Below are positions 45,101 to 58,609 of a stretch of DNA of 64,000 nt, in pieces; position 1 is the stretch's first letter, and each line of letters opens with the position of its first letter. Origin of the DNA: Entomortierella parvispora E1425. Its lineage: Eukaryota; Fungi; Mortierellomycota. Below the pieces are notes generated by a model. That model searched no databases. It saw only the letters and a list, made by a program, of their open reading frames with translations, and had not been told where the DNA came from. The position numbers and the translations under genes were made by a program. Location: the NCBI GenBank assembly GCA_020891255.1, contig BQFW01000006.1, forward strand, positions 434,001 through 498,000. Reading direction: 5' to 3'.

Positions 45101-46328
45101 CCAGTTATCGCAAATAAGGAGTGAGCTGGCTAATACGAAATCTGAGGTCAGCCAGCTCTCTGTTGACTTGGCACGTACTCGCGAAGAGAGGAGTCATCTG
45201 GAGGATCAACTAGGGCGCGTTAGTTCTGAGCTGCAGGATGTACAAAACGAGCTAGATCAAGCGGGGGCCCGTCAAATGGAGGCCCATAGCAAAGTTGTTG
45301 ATATCGAGGCCGAACGAGATCGCCTCGAGGCCAGTTTGGAAGAGGTCACCATCACCTTGGCGCAGGAGCGCACAAAACTCACCCGACTGCAGTCGACTCT
45401 TGAGGAGAAATCTACCACAGATCAGGCTAGCCCTCTTCAGGACACAGAATCACAATCGCAAGCCCTAACAATTCAGGTTCAAAAGCTCGAAAAGTCGCTG
45501 GAGGAACGCGGTCAGCGTGTGTTAGAAAGTGAAGTGGCCCTTCGAGACCTCCAATCCAAATGTCTGCGTCTTCAAAAGGACAAGGATGATGTCTTGCGCA
45601 GTCAAGCCCCCGCTCATGGAGGAAGTCAGGACTCAATGTCTACCGAACTGAGCCAGAAACTCAATCGCGCGGAGATGGATATCGTAAAGCTACAACAGTT
45701 CTTGCAAGAGTTCCAGAATGAGAAAAAACTAGCCATAGCCGAACTTCAATCTAAGATTGAGGATTCTGATGCAGAGGTAGCACAGATTCGATCGCAGCTA
45801 GCTAAAGCTCAAGCCATGCTCCTTGCGCGAGAATCGTCCCTCCAGGCATCTCCAGGACCACTTTCGCCCAATTTGTTTCCACCTCAGACGTCGCAAGAAT
45901 CGATTACCGCAAATCAACTATCGAAGCCACCACAGGGTCAATTACACACGCTCTGGTCAGATGACACCTTCAAAGGCACCGAGACGGTCCATCACGAAGC
46001 AATTTTGGAAGTAGAATCTCTGCAACAACAAAAAGCGGATCTCGAGAGGACACTCCAGGACTTAAGACATCGCTATGAACTTTCCCAAAAGGAAAACGAC
46101 AGTCTCCTCTCCCAGCTTGAGAAAGAAAACAAGGATCTGCGAGCCAAGGCGGAGCGATTGAGTCCAGATCTGTCCACTGAACATCTGGAGAGAATCCGTG
46201 AACAAGAACTTGAACTTTTTGAACTATCGCGCCAGTTGAAAACAGCTCAAAGAGAGCGAGAATTTACAAGACAGGACCTGCGGTCTCTTAAGGCTGAGCT
46301 CAGCAAGTTGAAGTCTGCCAAGAATTGA
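39178..46328 (+). CDS. Large (~2270 aa) repeat-rich and coiled-coil protein, unknown function; exons 39178-39183, 39269-41398, 41490-42243, 42318-43845, 43934-46328
   Basis: GT-AG introns keep one frame (6813 nt). SLFG-type repeats, Pro-rich segment, 39-aa repeats and a long heptad C-terminus. Confidence 0.8.
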
Positions 46329-46358
46329 TGTTATTAAAATAGGTCAATTTTTTTTATT

Positions 46359-49300
46359 TTAAATCTGCACTTCTGGTTCAGCTGTAAATACCTGCCTCTG
46401 AAGCCCAACTTCCTTTCCTCCGACCTCAGCAGACTCTGCTTGACTCACTTGGACCAAGTCGCCTTGTTGCTGGTGATGGAAAGAGAGCTGTTGACCTAAA
46501 ATACCTCCACCATGGTTCACCAGAGTGCTTGTGCTTGAGCTGGTGCTCATGCGGTGACTTGCGTGACTCATACTCATGCTCGAACGGCCTGATGGCCAAC
46601 TTGGGGTGGAAGACGTAGTCCCAGAGGCGATGGCGGCTGGAAACTCGCGCTGAGGAGAGCAAGGAGACAGGGGCGCCTCCGTTATCAAGGCATCCATTGA
46701 CTGGGAGAGAGAAAGCGAGGGTCGCGAACGATGGCCATGAGTCAAGGTTGCCCCATTAGCTTTGATCGTTGGATCCGTAGAGTCTTCTCCGGATTCTGGG
46801 GAACTATCAAGCGCTGTGGGCTGCTTGAGTAAATGGGACAAGGGAGGTAGCCCATGCTGAGCAACAGAGCCTGATCGGCCTCTCGTCTGTTGAAGTTGTT
46901 TTAGCCCAGAGAATGAGTTGAGACGGGTTTTGTTTGTCTCCAGTTGGATTAGCCTTGCCTTGGAGTCCTCCAATTCATGCTCAAGCTCCATCTCGCGAGC
47001 TCGAAGGTGTTCCAGCTCTCCCAGTTCACCCTCCAAGAACAAGTTGCGTTCGTGCAATTGTTGCATTTCCTCCAGACGAGGCTCAAGTTGCTCCATAGTC
47101 TTGATTTGCTTTTCCAAATGTAGTGTCTTGCTTCTAAGCAAAGCCACCTGCTTTGCTTGACCTTCTAGCTGTGGCATCCGAATTTTGATCTTTTCTAATT
47201 CTGAAGAGGCTCTCTCAAACTCGGCTTTAAAATCAGGCTGACCGCTTGCACTCTGCTCTGCCAAGAGGGTTTCTAGTTCTCGATTCCGAGTTGTCAAGAA
47301 TTCAATACGTCGATCGTCCTTGTCCTTTGAGCGGAAGGACTCGAATTCCTTGCTCAAGAGAGCATGTTGGTTATTGGCAATATTCAGTCTCTCTGACAGG
47401 TCCCAGTTGGAGTGGTCAAGTTCGGCATTGGTCGTCTCCAGTTCCTGGATACGGTCCTGCAAATTCTTGACGAGAGCAACCTGACCTTCCATGTCCTGAA
47501 GTTTATCAACCAATGCGTCTGCAGCGACAGCACGGGCTTCCATTTCCACCAAATCTGAGCGAATACGGGGCAATGCTGCACACTCTGCCTCTAGGGCTGC
47601 AACTTGACCCTCTAGCTCCCAAACTCGCTTCTCGTATTCTTTGGCGCGAACCATTAACGCTTCATTCTTATTCCAGAGCTCCTCCATTGCCACAGTCTTG
47701 ACTCCAAGTTCTTCAATCAATCGGCTCCGTTCGTTCTCCAAATCCACAAAATGAGCCGGACGTGCCTCGTGTGGCGGCAGAGAAAACGGTTTCTTTTCCA
47801 ACTCCCAAGCCCGAATCTTGAGCGCATCGCGCTCCGAAATCAAGCTGGCAATGTCTTGCATCAATTTTGAAATTTGATGATTATTTGCTCCATTGATGGA
47901 GCGTTGTCCCAGACCTGATGGCGCTGAATCTGCGGAGCCGACGGATGAACCCAGCGGAGAGTTGGATGCCTCCAATTCCTTGACACGCGACTGCAAGAAT
48001 TGGTTGTTAAGCTCAAAATCCTGGAGTCTAGAGACTTGATGGACTGCCTCTAGATGTTTCAACTCGAGCTTATGGTTTACTTCCCTCAATTCCTGATTTT
48101 TGTCTTTAAGACGATCCAATTCTGAATTGGTGTGACGCAGCAGATTCCTCAATTGGAGTATAGTTGCTTCTTCTGATGCGCTTGGGCCTGTGGATGAATT
48201 CGAGGGAGAACCAATTTTAAAGTCAGAAGTAGCTGGTGACAAAGGGAGTGATGAGGTGGCGGATACAAGCTGGCTGAAGTGTCTGTCTAGATCAGTCTCC
48301 AGTTTGTCAGATATCTGTTGCATGATATTATTGCGGAACTCTTCCGGATTGAAATCAGAGCCGGTTGTTGTTGCTGGGAAGGAGCCAGTGGCTGTGAGAG
48401 GCGAATCTGTAATAAAAATGGGTCGGTCCTGCCGGATTAAGTTGTTGGAGGAGAGCCCACGAGTGTTCACACTCAGTGGCTGAGAAGACTGTTGTTGTCG
48501 TGATGAGAGATCTGCGGGTGATGTAATTCCTAGACCGGTGATGAGGGAGTCCTAAAGCAGTAAACAATGCACTTGATGGGTTAGAATTCGGGCAGTGCGT
48601 CAAGAACTAGCCTGTCAAACAACTGTGATTTCACTATACCTTGGAGTCCACTGTCATTCTTCTTGCCTGAGCCTTGTTTGAAGCCGAGGTGTCTGCTTGC
48701 GATTGCTTAGGGATAGGAGTGAACGATGCGGCCAGTGGGTTCATACTACTCCTCCGTGCGTTCATCTCCTCCTGTTCATTTTCTGGTACACAAAAAAACT
48801 ATATTAGCACAATGTTATAGCAGAAGAGGGGCACTGACAGTTTTATCAACGCGTTACCATAATAGCTGGAGGGATGATGGAGTGGGCTACTGGCCGTTGA
48901 CGATGTGCCATGATGGGTCCTCCTACGATCTAGTGACGGTCTCTGGCTCTGTTTTAAAATAAATTTGTCCAATTAGATGAGTTGACCATGTGGCTACGAA
49001 GATCGTGCCTGGAGGTTGCACAGAGGGCCGTTGTGTGCGACCATTCCATGCGTCCTTCTACCGCCACAAGTTGTTACCTGCTGAGAAATGTTTGGAGAAG
49101 ACGATGAGCTCTGGAAAGATATGTCCATGGAGACCCGGTGATTTGAGAGGGGCGCAACAGGGACCGTGGGTATCTTGCATTTGACACCCGAGTCGTCAGT
49201 GTCTGTCTCCTCTGTTGAGCGAGGCTTCGTGACGACATTGGGCATCTTGAGCAACGCCTAGAACCACAATCAACTTTCCAAGTTAATGTCTAGGCTACTT

Positions 49301-49576
49301 GAAAGCCGACATCGCATTTGTGAGAATTACCTCTGAGGTTGCATTCTTGGCCACAAGATCGGCATAGCGTGCGCGCTCGTCTCTGACCTTCTCAGGTGTC
49401 AGCAAAGACGTGCCTGTGTCAGGAGAGAGGAAGGCGGCAGCGGTGACGGCATGCTTTGGCAAATTGATATTGATCCGTCGGGGACGGGGTGCGGACGATG
49501 CAATGGACGAGGAAGAGTGAGAGCGCACTGCTCCTGACGGATGCAGAGACGCGCGCTGCGTTTTGACCTGGGCCAT
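46359..49576 (-). CDS. Coiled-coil protein (~950 aa) with PAM2-like motif; exons 49576-49331, 49257-49078, 48948-48858, 48782-48640, 48551-46359
   Basis: Splice phases are consistent (2853 nt). The ORF-track pieces 49295..49588, 48994..49254 and 46359..48470 join into one gene. Confidence 0.78.
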
Positions 49577-50376
49577 ATCAAAGGTCAACGAGGAAGAGAC
49601 TATAGAGTGGATAGCGAATCAGCGAGTCAGGTAGTCAGGAAGAGCCGAGTACAAGCCAGAGAAGCTTGGGCTTGGCAAAAGTGGTGGCTATGGGACACTT
49701 TGGCGTGGATCGAGATTGAGGATCGGCAAGGAAAGGAATGAAGTTTTGCTGTGCGTTGTAGGGTATGGGCAACAAAGATCGAAGTGAGGCGTGTGTGCGC
49801 AATGACTGTGCGGGGTGAATGACTGACTGGTCAGAGAGCGTGCAAAGATGAGCAGGTGGAGGGACAAGAGCAAGCGTAGATGGAACCTGCAAAGGGAGAG
49901 CAAGGAACCAGGTGGTGATGAGGCAAGGAGGGTGAGGAGATGAATGGCCTAATGGCATGAATCGGGAATGCAAGATGGAGGAGACCGCAATAAAAGAAAA
50001 AGCGGGGGCGCTGTCGCTTCTCTTTTCTTTTGTCAGGAGAGAGACAGAAGGACGCGAGGGCGAAGGACGAGAGAGAAGAAGAGGAACAATAAGGGGAAGG
50101 AGAGGGAGAGAGGAACAAGGAGGGGAGGGCCACTTATTCACTCGTGGTTATTTGGGGTGATGGTCGTACCTGGGTTGGACTGGGATGAGGGTGGGGGAAT
50201 AACGTATGAGAAACCAAGATGAGATGAACACGAGGATGTTGATGAAGATAAAGATGAAGATGAAGAGATGATGGAGCCGTGGTATGATGAGGCAGGAGGA
50301 AGAGTTTGGTGCGCGAGTGTCCCGCGTCCCGCGTGCGGGGTTAGAATTGCAGTTCCTGTACGTTTTATTCTCAGAT

Positions 50377-51484
50377 CTATTTTCCGGCGCGCCAGCTTTT
50401 GCTCTGCTTGCCCTTGCCCTTCTTGTTGAAGCGCTTGCCTCCGCTCTGCTTCGCCTCTTGAATCTCGTTGAACTTGCGTTTGTAGTAGTCGCGGCCAGTC
50501 AAGTCCTTCATAACCTCACCCGTAATTGTCGTTGCACGTTCCTTCTTTGTCAGACGAGAAGAATAAAACTCTGTGTTGCCTTCGATGATTGTGCCGACCT
50601 GGAAGTATTTTGGAAACTTTGGCTTGCTCTTGTCCTCACGCTTATAGAATCGCTTGGGATCTAGTACATTACGCAGCTTCAGGATCTGGAGGTCCCTCTT
50701 CAGCTCAGGGGTAATAATCTGTTGGGGAAGGTCAAACCAGCCCTTTCCTGTAGTCTTTTCTTTCTCCTAATAATAGTGAAATAAAAGATATCCATGTAAG
50801 ATATTTCAGTGCAGATTTGATTTGACAACAACAAACGATGTTACTTACCTCTTTCTTTTGTTTCTTGCTAATATGAGCCTTTTCGATATTCTTGCTAACT
50901 TCGCACGTTTCCAAGGTAGGGGCAGCACCTGATTTGGTCTTACTTACACCCTTGTCTACAACCACCACGGTGCTCATGTCGACCTTGGCTCTCTTGTTGT
51001 CCTGCTTGATGTAGAGCTTGCTGGTATCCAATCCAGTCTCGAGTTTGGGAAAGTTGTACAAAGGCTCTTTCTTCTTGTTATCGCTTCCGGAGGCTTTCCG
51101 TTTTAATGAAGCTTGGGCTTTGAGCAGTAGCTCATCAAGGTCCTCATCTTCATCATCCTCGCTGCTGCTGTGTTCATCCTGCTCTTCGTGCTCGCTCTCG
51201 TCCTCGCTAACTGTTGCCTTTTCTGAGCTCTCATATTGATGCTGTTCCTCGGACTCGGCTGCGTTGCGAAGCTCTTGAGGAGGGGTCATATATTCCGCAG
51301 AGGGTGTTGACGAAGTAGAACTTTCTGGAGATTCTGACTCATTCACTGAAATGCTTTCGGGAGTTGCATGGGCTGCCGTCTGCTTAGACTGCCTTGTGCG
51401 ACGAGTCCTGGTGGGCAACTCGACGAGTTCTGGGGTGTTGACAGTAGCCTGTCCAGTTCGACTTCTGTTTCTTGTTGTAACCAT
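50377..51484 (-). CDS. FCF2: rRNA-processing protein Fcf2 (341 aa); exons 51484-50849, 50766-50377
   Basis: GKGWFDLP...ITPELKRDLQILKLRNVLDPKRFYK...PKYFQVGTIIEG Fcf2 domain. Confidence 0.93.
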
Positions 51485-51737
51485 TGTGGGATATTGTGAA
51501 GTTGAGGAAATATGATAGGATGATGGTGGGTTCTGGTCACTGACAACAGGAGCTGATGGGTGCAGGATGGGGTATGATGATGGCCGTCCAAGAGGTTCAC
51601 GATGCATTGAATGGTAAAAAAAAAAAAAAAAAAGAAAATAGAAAACAAAAGGGACTGTTATCGGCACGTGACTGTACCTGAGAATATATTTTTTTGGACT
51701 CTCTTCAGTTGAACCAAGGGTCAAACTTTAACGAATA

Positions 51738-54700
51738 CTACCAGTAATCTTCCGAGCTCATGCTGGTGATACTCATGGTGTCACTGGCTATTCCAGAGTC
51801 TTCATCCACAGACATAGAGTGCGCCTCAAGGAGGTGGCGAGATTTGTTTCCTTGCTCAAGGCTAGCGCGCGCCTTCTCTAAACGGATCACATCTTGCTCT
51901 ATCAACATCCGCCGAGATTGGTCGGAAATCTGCTTCACTCGTGGAAACGCATCTCGTTTGCTAGTATTGGAAACCACCCTTCGTAACTCAAACGATTCGT
52001 CCTGGCTGACAAGAGTTTCAGCTGACCGAGACTTTGACGACATGGCCCTATGTCTCTTCTTTGACAGGAAACTGGCCTCGTCTTCCTTATATTCCTCCAG
52101 GTCGTCCTCTTCGTCGGATTCACCCAAGACATCGTCTGGGCGACCGCCTATCAAAAGTGCAGTGAACTGACTAGCCTTTTGATGCCAGGTCTGTGGAATA
52201 ATATAGCCGGGAGAAAAGCGCTCCAGCCGATGATGTGACTGTTGCTGCTGTTGTTGCGCTAGAGGGGAGGGGTGAGATGGTTTTCGCAGACGACCGGGAG
52301 TGATGCTATCAAACCAACCCTTCTTGGATTTTTTGCGTTGTGCAGAAACCTGTGAGGGCTTCTTCCCGACATTGTTATTGCCATCCACTCCTCCAACCGC
52401 CAGTTCTTCAAAGTCTTCCTGTAGATTTGGCAGACGTTTAAAAGTACCATCGGGATGGATTCTTGCCTTGGTCACCAAAAATAGTTGCTCCAGTCTCAGT
52501 CGCTCCACTGTCGACATCTCCAATTGCCTCTGGCGCTGTTCCCTCGTCATTTTCTCGAAAACAAGATCGTTCAAAAACGTATACATCCTGTTCAAAACAC
52601 CAACGTTCATGAATCCAGATTTTCCGTTCTTGAGCCAACACCCTTGGCTCTCCAAAAACTTTTCCAGGTCTGGCCGAGACATCGGTTTATAGCAGATTGA
52701 GCCGGGAAACGCGGGCGAAAAGGCTTTGGGAACCAATTGAGGAATCCCTTCATGGTTTTTGCGATATAAATCATCCCAGAAGAGGTACCACCATTGATGA
52801 CATCGAGTCCTGTTGACAGCTGACATCCTCTCGTATAAAAGCTGGATCGCGAGCGACACCTGGGTGTCTGGATGTCGGATGCGAGGATTTTCCTCTGTTG
52901 CGAGCAAGAGCGGCTCCAATTCTCGATGCTTCAGTGTAGGATTATCGTACACGTTGATGAAGAAATCGTACGAAAGCGTTGCATCCTTCCAAAGGGCTTC
53001 GTTTCGATAGTGCGCTTGGTAAGCCTGCATTACGCGTCTGACCTTCTTGACTCCTCTTGAGACCAGGGCGTGATTATCTTTGAGCAGTTTCGCTAAGGCT
53101 GGAGTGACTTGAAAGTCTCGAGTGATCCCAATGACATCCTGCCCAATAGTGGCTTCATGTAGGAGCTGAGAAGATCCTTCGGGGTCTTGAATTTCTCCAT
53201 CCGAATACGTGATAGTGACAGAGAATCCTGGGTTCATATTGTGACCTTGCCACGCGGACATTTTTTTGCGATGGATCGTGAATAACCCACGCTTGTAGCT
53301 CACAGGAGCGTTCACTAAGGACATCTACAAAATGAAAGAGGTAGCAAAATTTAGCTGTTGCTGTGTTGTTCGTTATAACAGTGCCAAATCCTGAAAGAGT
53401 CTTACCTCCAGTGTACCATTGCTTTCACGACCACGTTGAATGCCTCTGGTTTCAATAAATGGCCTGACAACGAACTTTCCATCTAGTGCACGGAGCTGAT
53501 ACCGCAGCTCGCGACGTCTCTCAATTTCCGGGTCCTGGTTCTGTTGAATATATCGATCTAGGTCGTGCTCTTTGACCAAAGTCACCACAACCGACGATTC
53601 ATCATAGACGAAGACAACCGAGAACGGGAAGGGGACTACATAGGCTTTGCCAAAGTAGGTCTTGATGTTGGAGGCCATGAATTCAGGCGCATAGTACATA
53701 TCGGGTCCAACAAACCTGTTCAAAATCAAAGACCGCTTTCGGACCATGGCCGGGGTCAGGAATTGACAGGCTTGAGAGTAAGCCCGAAGTCCAATCTGCC
53801 TGATAATCCTCAAATTTTCCACATGTCGTTCCGCCACAGATCCTGTAAAGTTGAGCAGATATGGAGGCCGATGAGGCGACTGCGAGTAGGCAATAACTTT
53901 GTCGGCTGGCATCTTGTAAGGGTCTTCTGCCAACAAAATCGTGGACCATGTTTCTTGCCAGACGCGCCTCTTGATATGCTTGAAGTAATTCAGCTTAGGG
54001 CTGAAGATTTCCAATGAAAAGTCCAGCCTCTGCTGGATCTGTTTGATAAGGATTTGGAACTTTTGTGTCTGACGGATCGCAAACCAAACCACAATTACAC
54101 ACATCAGAACGTAAGTCACAACCAACAATACGCCAAGCGTATTTTCTGAAACGGGACCGACGTTGAGAACGATGAAGAGGCCGAGTACACTGGTCGCAAC
54201 GGTGCAAGCTCTGGACCAGTACTCGCTCAGATTTTGAGACGCGTAAAGATATGGTAGTGTTCTGGAGTGGCGAAATATCAGACTGGATGTGAAGAGGATC
54301 TGAAGGCCTGCTCGGATAGACTCGATTGTTCGGCGCTCGTACCCTCGAAATAGACAGTTGTCCTTGGAGAACAGAACGACTATGATGACAGCAATTAATT
54401 TGTTCAACATAACAATAACCTTGTACGTTCCATACTCTCGTCGATATCCTATCAAAGCAAAAAAAAAAAAAAAAACTACCCCTTTTAGTCCCAGCATCAT
54501 TAGTTTAATGGTTGAAAGATAGAAGACACATACCATTATATAAAAAGTTGTAAGGACAGTTATCCGAGTTGGTTAAGCGCTTATATTCTTCTTCCAGATC
54601 CAGCCTTCGCTCTCCTTGCTCTGTGTACTTATCGATCCTTGGTAGATTCACAACAACCAACCTTCTGATTGCAAGAGGGAAATAAATCGTGTTGACGCAA

Positions 54701-57700
54701 AGTGTAAATATGGCGAGCGGGATGATCGCGTACGCAAAGTTCAGGTCCTGGATCTTCATCGATGTCACATAACAAAAGTCCCCCGGGGCTCGGTAAATAT
54801 CGCTGGGCCCCAGAGGCTGCAGCACTGGAAAGTCAGTGTTTGTGTATGGGTTTGGGACGGGCCACATTGTGTCTGACCAGACAATAGCATCGAAAGCCAG
54901 TTTTGCAAGAGGCAAGTAAAGGGTCGTGAGTAGAAACACGATAGATATCGTCTCGACGCGTTGCTTTTTTGAGCGCAAACTCCAAGAGGTAACTTCCAAA
55001 CCCTAATTACGGGCACCCAGTAGTGTATTGTTAGCTCGCCTATTGATGTACCTTACCCATGCTCGCGCCGCAGTGGATTTCACCTCTTACCTCAATATCA
55101 TCATTTGGGTCTGTCCTCGTCATAATCTTGAACGTATACAATGCGATCCAGCATATCAGTGCAAAGAGCATCAAGAAAACCATGCCATACCCGATCGCCC
55201 TTGGAAAATCCAAAGACAATACGGCAGGAATGATGTTCACTGATGCGTAGAGCCACTTCTGGTTTACGAATGTGTTTCCTGAGACTGAGAGGTACAGTGC
55301 CACAAACTGTAAAAAATCGCGGATGATTTCAAGCTGCATCCATGAGATTCCAATGTTGGAGGACTCGCCGCTCATGATTCCGTCGACTGCTGATGACAAC
55401 ATGACGTTCTGCATCTCTTGATCAAAGAACCCTGGCGGTTTTGTGATGTTTGATTTAAGCTCATCCAAAGTAATCCCTACTGGTACAAGGTTCATCGGTG
55501 GAAACATGCCTTCTCGGGGATCGGGTGCCGGGGGCTTTTTGGACTTTGAGGCTTTTGCGCTGGATTTAGTTGAATTCGAATTGTCAGCCGCCGTAGACGC
55601 AGATTTGAGCGTATCAAGAGACCTCGAAGGAGGCGGAGACTTTGGAAAATCTGAAAAGGTGATGGGCTTGAGCGATGTGAGATATGCATCTAAAGCCGGA
55701 TATGAGATTAAGGGAGCAGTAGGTTGGAAGAGAGGATCGGTGCTGTCAAGAGTCGAGTTTTCCGGTGTCGATCCAGTTTTCGCTGTGCCCAGAGGTGTCC
55801 CACTTGAGTATTTTCCTGCCTGAACTGGCATTTTCCCTCGGAAACTTGCAAACAGCGTTGCCGTGGCGAACGTCCCTTCCTTAGTAAGCTGGCCAGCAGT
55901 ATCGTTGGAGACAGCCCTATCTGGTTTTGTCGATGTGTTGAACCCCTTAGCTGCTATCCTTTCTTGGTCCTTGTCATCTCTTTGTTTCTGAAGCAAGGTT
56001 GTCGCTTCCTCACTGTCAATCCGACTATCGAACACCATGCTCCCAACGGAATCTTCAGGAATAGTCTCGTCCAAGCTTGAGAAGCTAGCGAAACTCTGGA
56101 CCGACTCGCGTTTGGAGGATACTTCGGAGCTATTACCGCTCTCAGTTTTGGAGTGAACGAGAGTAACTTGGCTGTCCGACTTCGAGATCTTTGTTGTCCT
56201 GGGAATTGCATGCGCCGACGAAGCTCCAGTGGAAGGTGCTGGTGGGGGAGGATTTGCTGCGCGACGGTCAATATTTCTGCCAATCAGATCCGCTTTGAAT
56301 ACTCTTTCAGACTGGTCTGCTGAGTTGGTGCTGCTGCGATCTTGACTGGAGAGCCTTTCGCTAGACAGGCTTTCCTCTCTGCTTCTCGGGGCGACAACAG
56401 TTCCCGATGCGCTTGCGCCAACCAACTTTGGTCGAGATTCTTTTGTTGGAACACCTTTCACGACCGCGTACATGACTTCAGACCCACCTTGACTCTTTCG
56501 TCGGTCATCACTTTGGACAGTTTTTGCGTCAACCCCCTCACTGTAGTCGATGCTAGTGCGCCTCCTTTCTGCGTTGTTGTGCGAAGAGGATGCTGAGGCT
56601 GCCGGCTGAGCTTGCAGTGGTTGTATTCGAGTTGGTTCGGAGGACCTCGGGCCTACAGCCGCTGTCCTTGACCTTGACGTAGCCCGTGGTTGCTGCTGCT
56701 GTTGTCGTTGTGCGCCTTCTCTGGTTTTACTTGGAGGGGACGCGTCGACTCTGCGGTTGCCACCATTCCTATTGGCTGCCCTGGATGATATCCTGTCAAG
56801 TCCTTCAGCTGCAGCTGATACGTTGGGTGAGGTACTCGCCTTCTGTTTGACTAACAGATCACCAAAATTGTAGGTAAGAATTAGTTGTTGTTTGTTGTCG
56901 TGATTGCCCCTTTCATCTGCACCCCTTTTCTAATGCAGAATAGCGTACCCAATGGCAAGAGTGCATCGATCGGTCGGCCGAGAGGCTCAGATGACGAGGA
57001 CATGGGATGCCTGCGTGCCAGATGTTCGTGGTGCTTAAGAGTCTCTTCTTTGGATGCCACAGGCGGGATCACGGACAGTTTTAAAATGCCCTCGCTTGAC
57101 CTCGACGCAGTGGGAATGCCTCGTGTCGGCTGTGTAAGTGCAGATCCAGAATTTCGCCTCACAGAAGGGACGCAGGTGCTCTCCACGCGCTCCAGCACAG
57201 CCCGAGGTTCATCCCTGGAGGACAAGTCTGAGGCAGGAACAGGGCCACGACGTATCTCCTCACTGTTGCCTGTAAGAATATGAGCCTGCCCTCTTGTGTG
57301 GGGGGTATTGGTTTGAATAGGAGGTGTCTGAGCATGATGAGCTGCACGAGGAGGATTGTTGCGAATGGGAGCGAGTGGCGGAGTTGGTGCTGTGGAAAAG
57401 CGTGGAGGAGATCGAGACGATGGCACCCTTGCGGCAGCGATTGCTGCTGCGTTGTTGTTATTGTTATGACGGTTAAAAGTATCGAGGGCATGCCTTTGAG
57501 TTCCAAAGACCCTGGACTGGACTGGAGCGACCGACCGCAGGGGAAAGAGGGGAGCTGAAGACTGTCGAGGTGGGCGTGAATGATTAACTACGGGAGCAGA
57601 CGAGGATGGCGTGTTTTCTCTTCCTGGGCGTGAAGGCGATGATAGATTAGGGGAGGGTATATTGCTGATTGCCCGCGGCAAGTTAGTTGCTGGCTGAAGC

Positions 57701-57813
57701 CCCCTGGGTCGAGACGAGTTTTGAGATTCAAGAGATGGACAAGATTCCAGGTCGCTCCAAAACGAGATCAGGTTATTGACCGTTGGGGACTGTGGGGGAT
57801 TGTTGCCTGCCAT
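51738..57813 (-). CDS. Large multi-pass membrane protein of unknown function, about 5 exons, long disordered N-terminus
   Basis: Consecutive same-strand ORFs 56881..58017, 55040..56473, 54505..54999, 53373..54536 and 51738..53324 with plausible GT-AG joins; several hydrophobic helices in 53990-55330. Some exon boundaries are approximate. Confidence 0.7.
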
Positions 57814-58609
57814 GGTTGAGCGAGAAGGACAATTAAAGGGAAGAGAGCTGAGTGAAGGAGGGGACGAAAGACAGGAGTGGACAAAAGAAGGAAGAGTAGG
57901 AAGATGGTGCAGCAAGAACAAAAGTCTTCGGCCGCCCGCCCGCCCGATGATCATGGCCTGCAAGCATCCTCGACAGTGCGCTGCAGCGACATGACAAAGT
58001 TGTGCTGATGACAACAAGGTGTCCGCATGGCCAGTGACACAGCTTCAAAAAAGGGGCAGGGGCAGCAGGTCAACGACACCTTTCAGTTTGTGCCCCCCTT
58101 TTCTTTTGTATTAATAAAGATACCCTTTTATCGACTTGTGGGCAATCATCGTTTTCCAATTGTTGTTCACGTTCATCAGCCATTGTTCCTGCCAAATCTC
58201 AACCTTTACACCTTTCGCTTTCGAAGGCAAAGGACGATTCATGATCGAAATGGAATCTTTGCCCCTTTCATTTCGTGGGTCGTCCGTGAGCGTGAGTCCA
58301 AAGGTCAATGAAAGCCCTGGCTAGTTATTCCTGCGACCTGTTGATCAAAAGTGTACCTTCTGGGAAACTGTTCATGATATCAAAGTAGAGCATGATTTGG
58401 ATCACAAAGACAACCAACGGGCCACAACGCCACACAAAAATAACAGAGTCGTCTAAAAATTCTTATGTCGTTTATTCTTCTTCCAGAGTTTGAACATCGT
58501 TCAGTAATATGTTGCGCATATTCACATTTCCATGCGCCTCGTCAGTCTAATTCTGCTGACCGTTCTCCTAGCCTCCAAAGTAGATTGGATCCATGGGGGT
58601 ATGGCATCT

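Noticed and set aside
49635-50222. Several 67-168-aa ORFs between the coiled-coil gene and FCF2
   Set aside because: They arise from CT/GA-rich low-complexity promoter and UTR sequence; no coding signature.
58027-58560. Short Trp-rich ORF 58111..58308 as a gene or transposon relic
   Set aside because: Non-ATG start, flanking stops, and no recognisable motif, termini or TSD.
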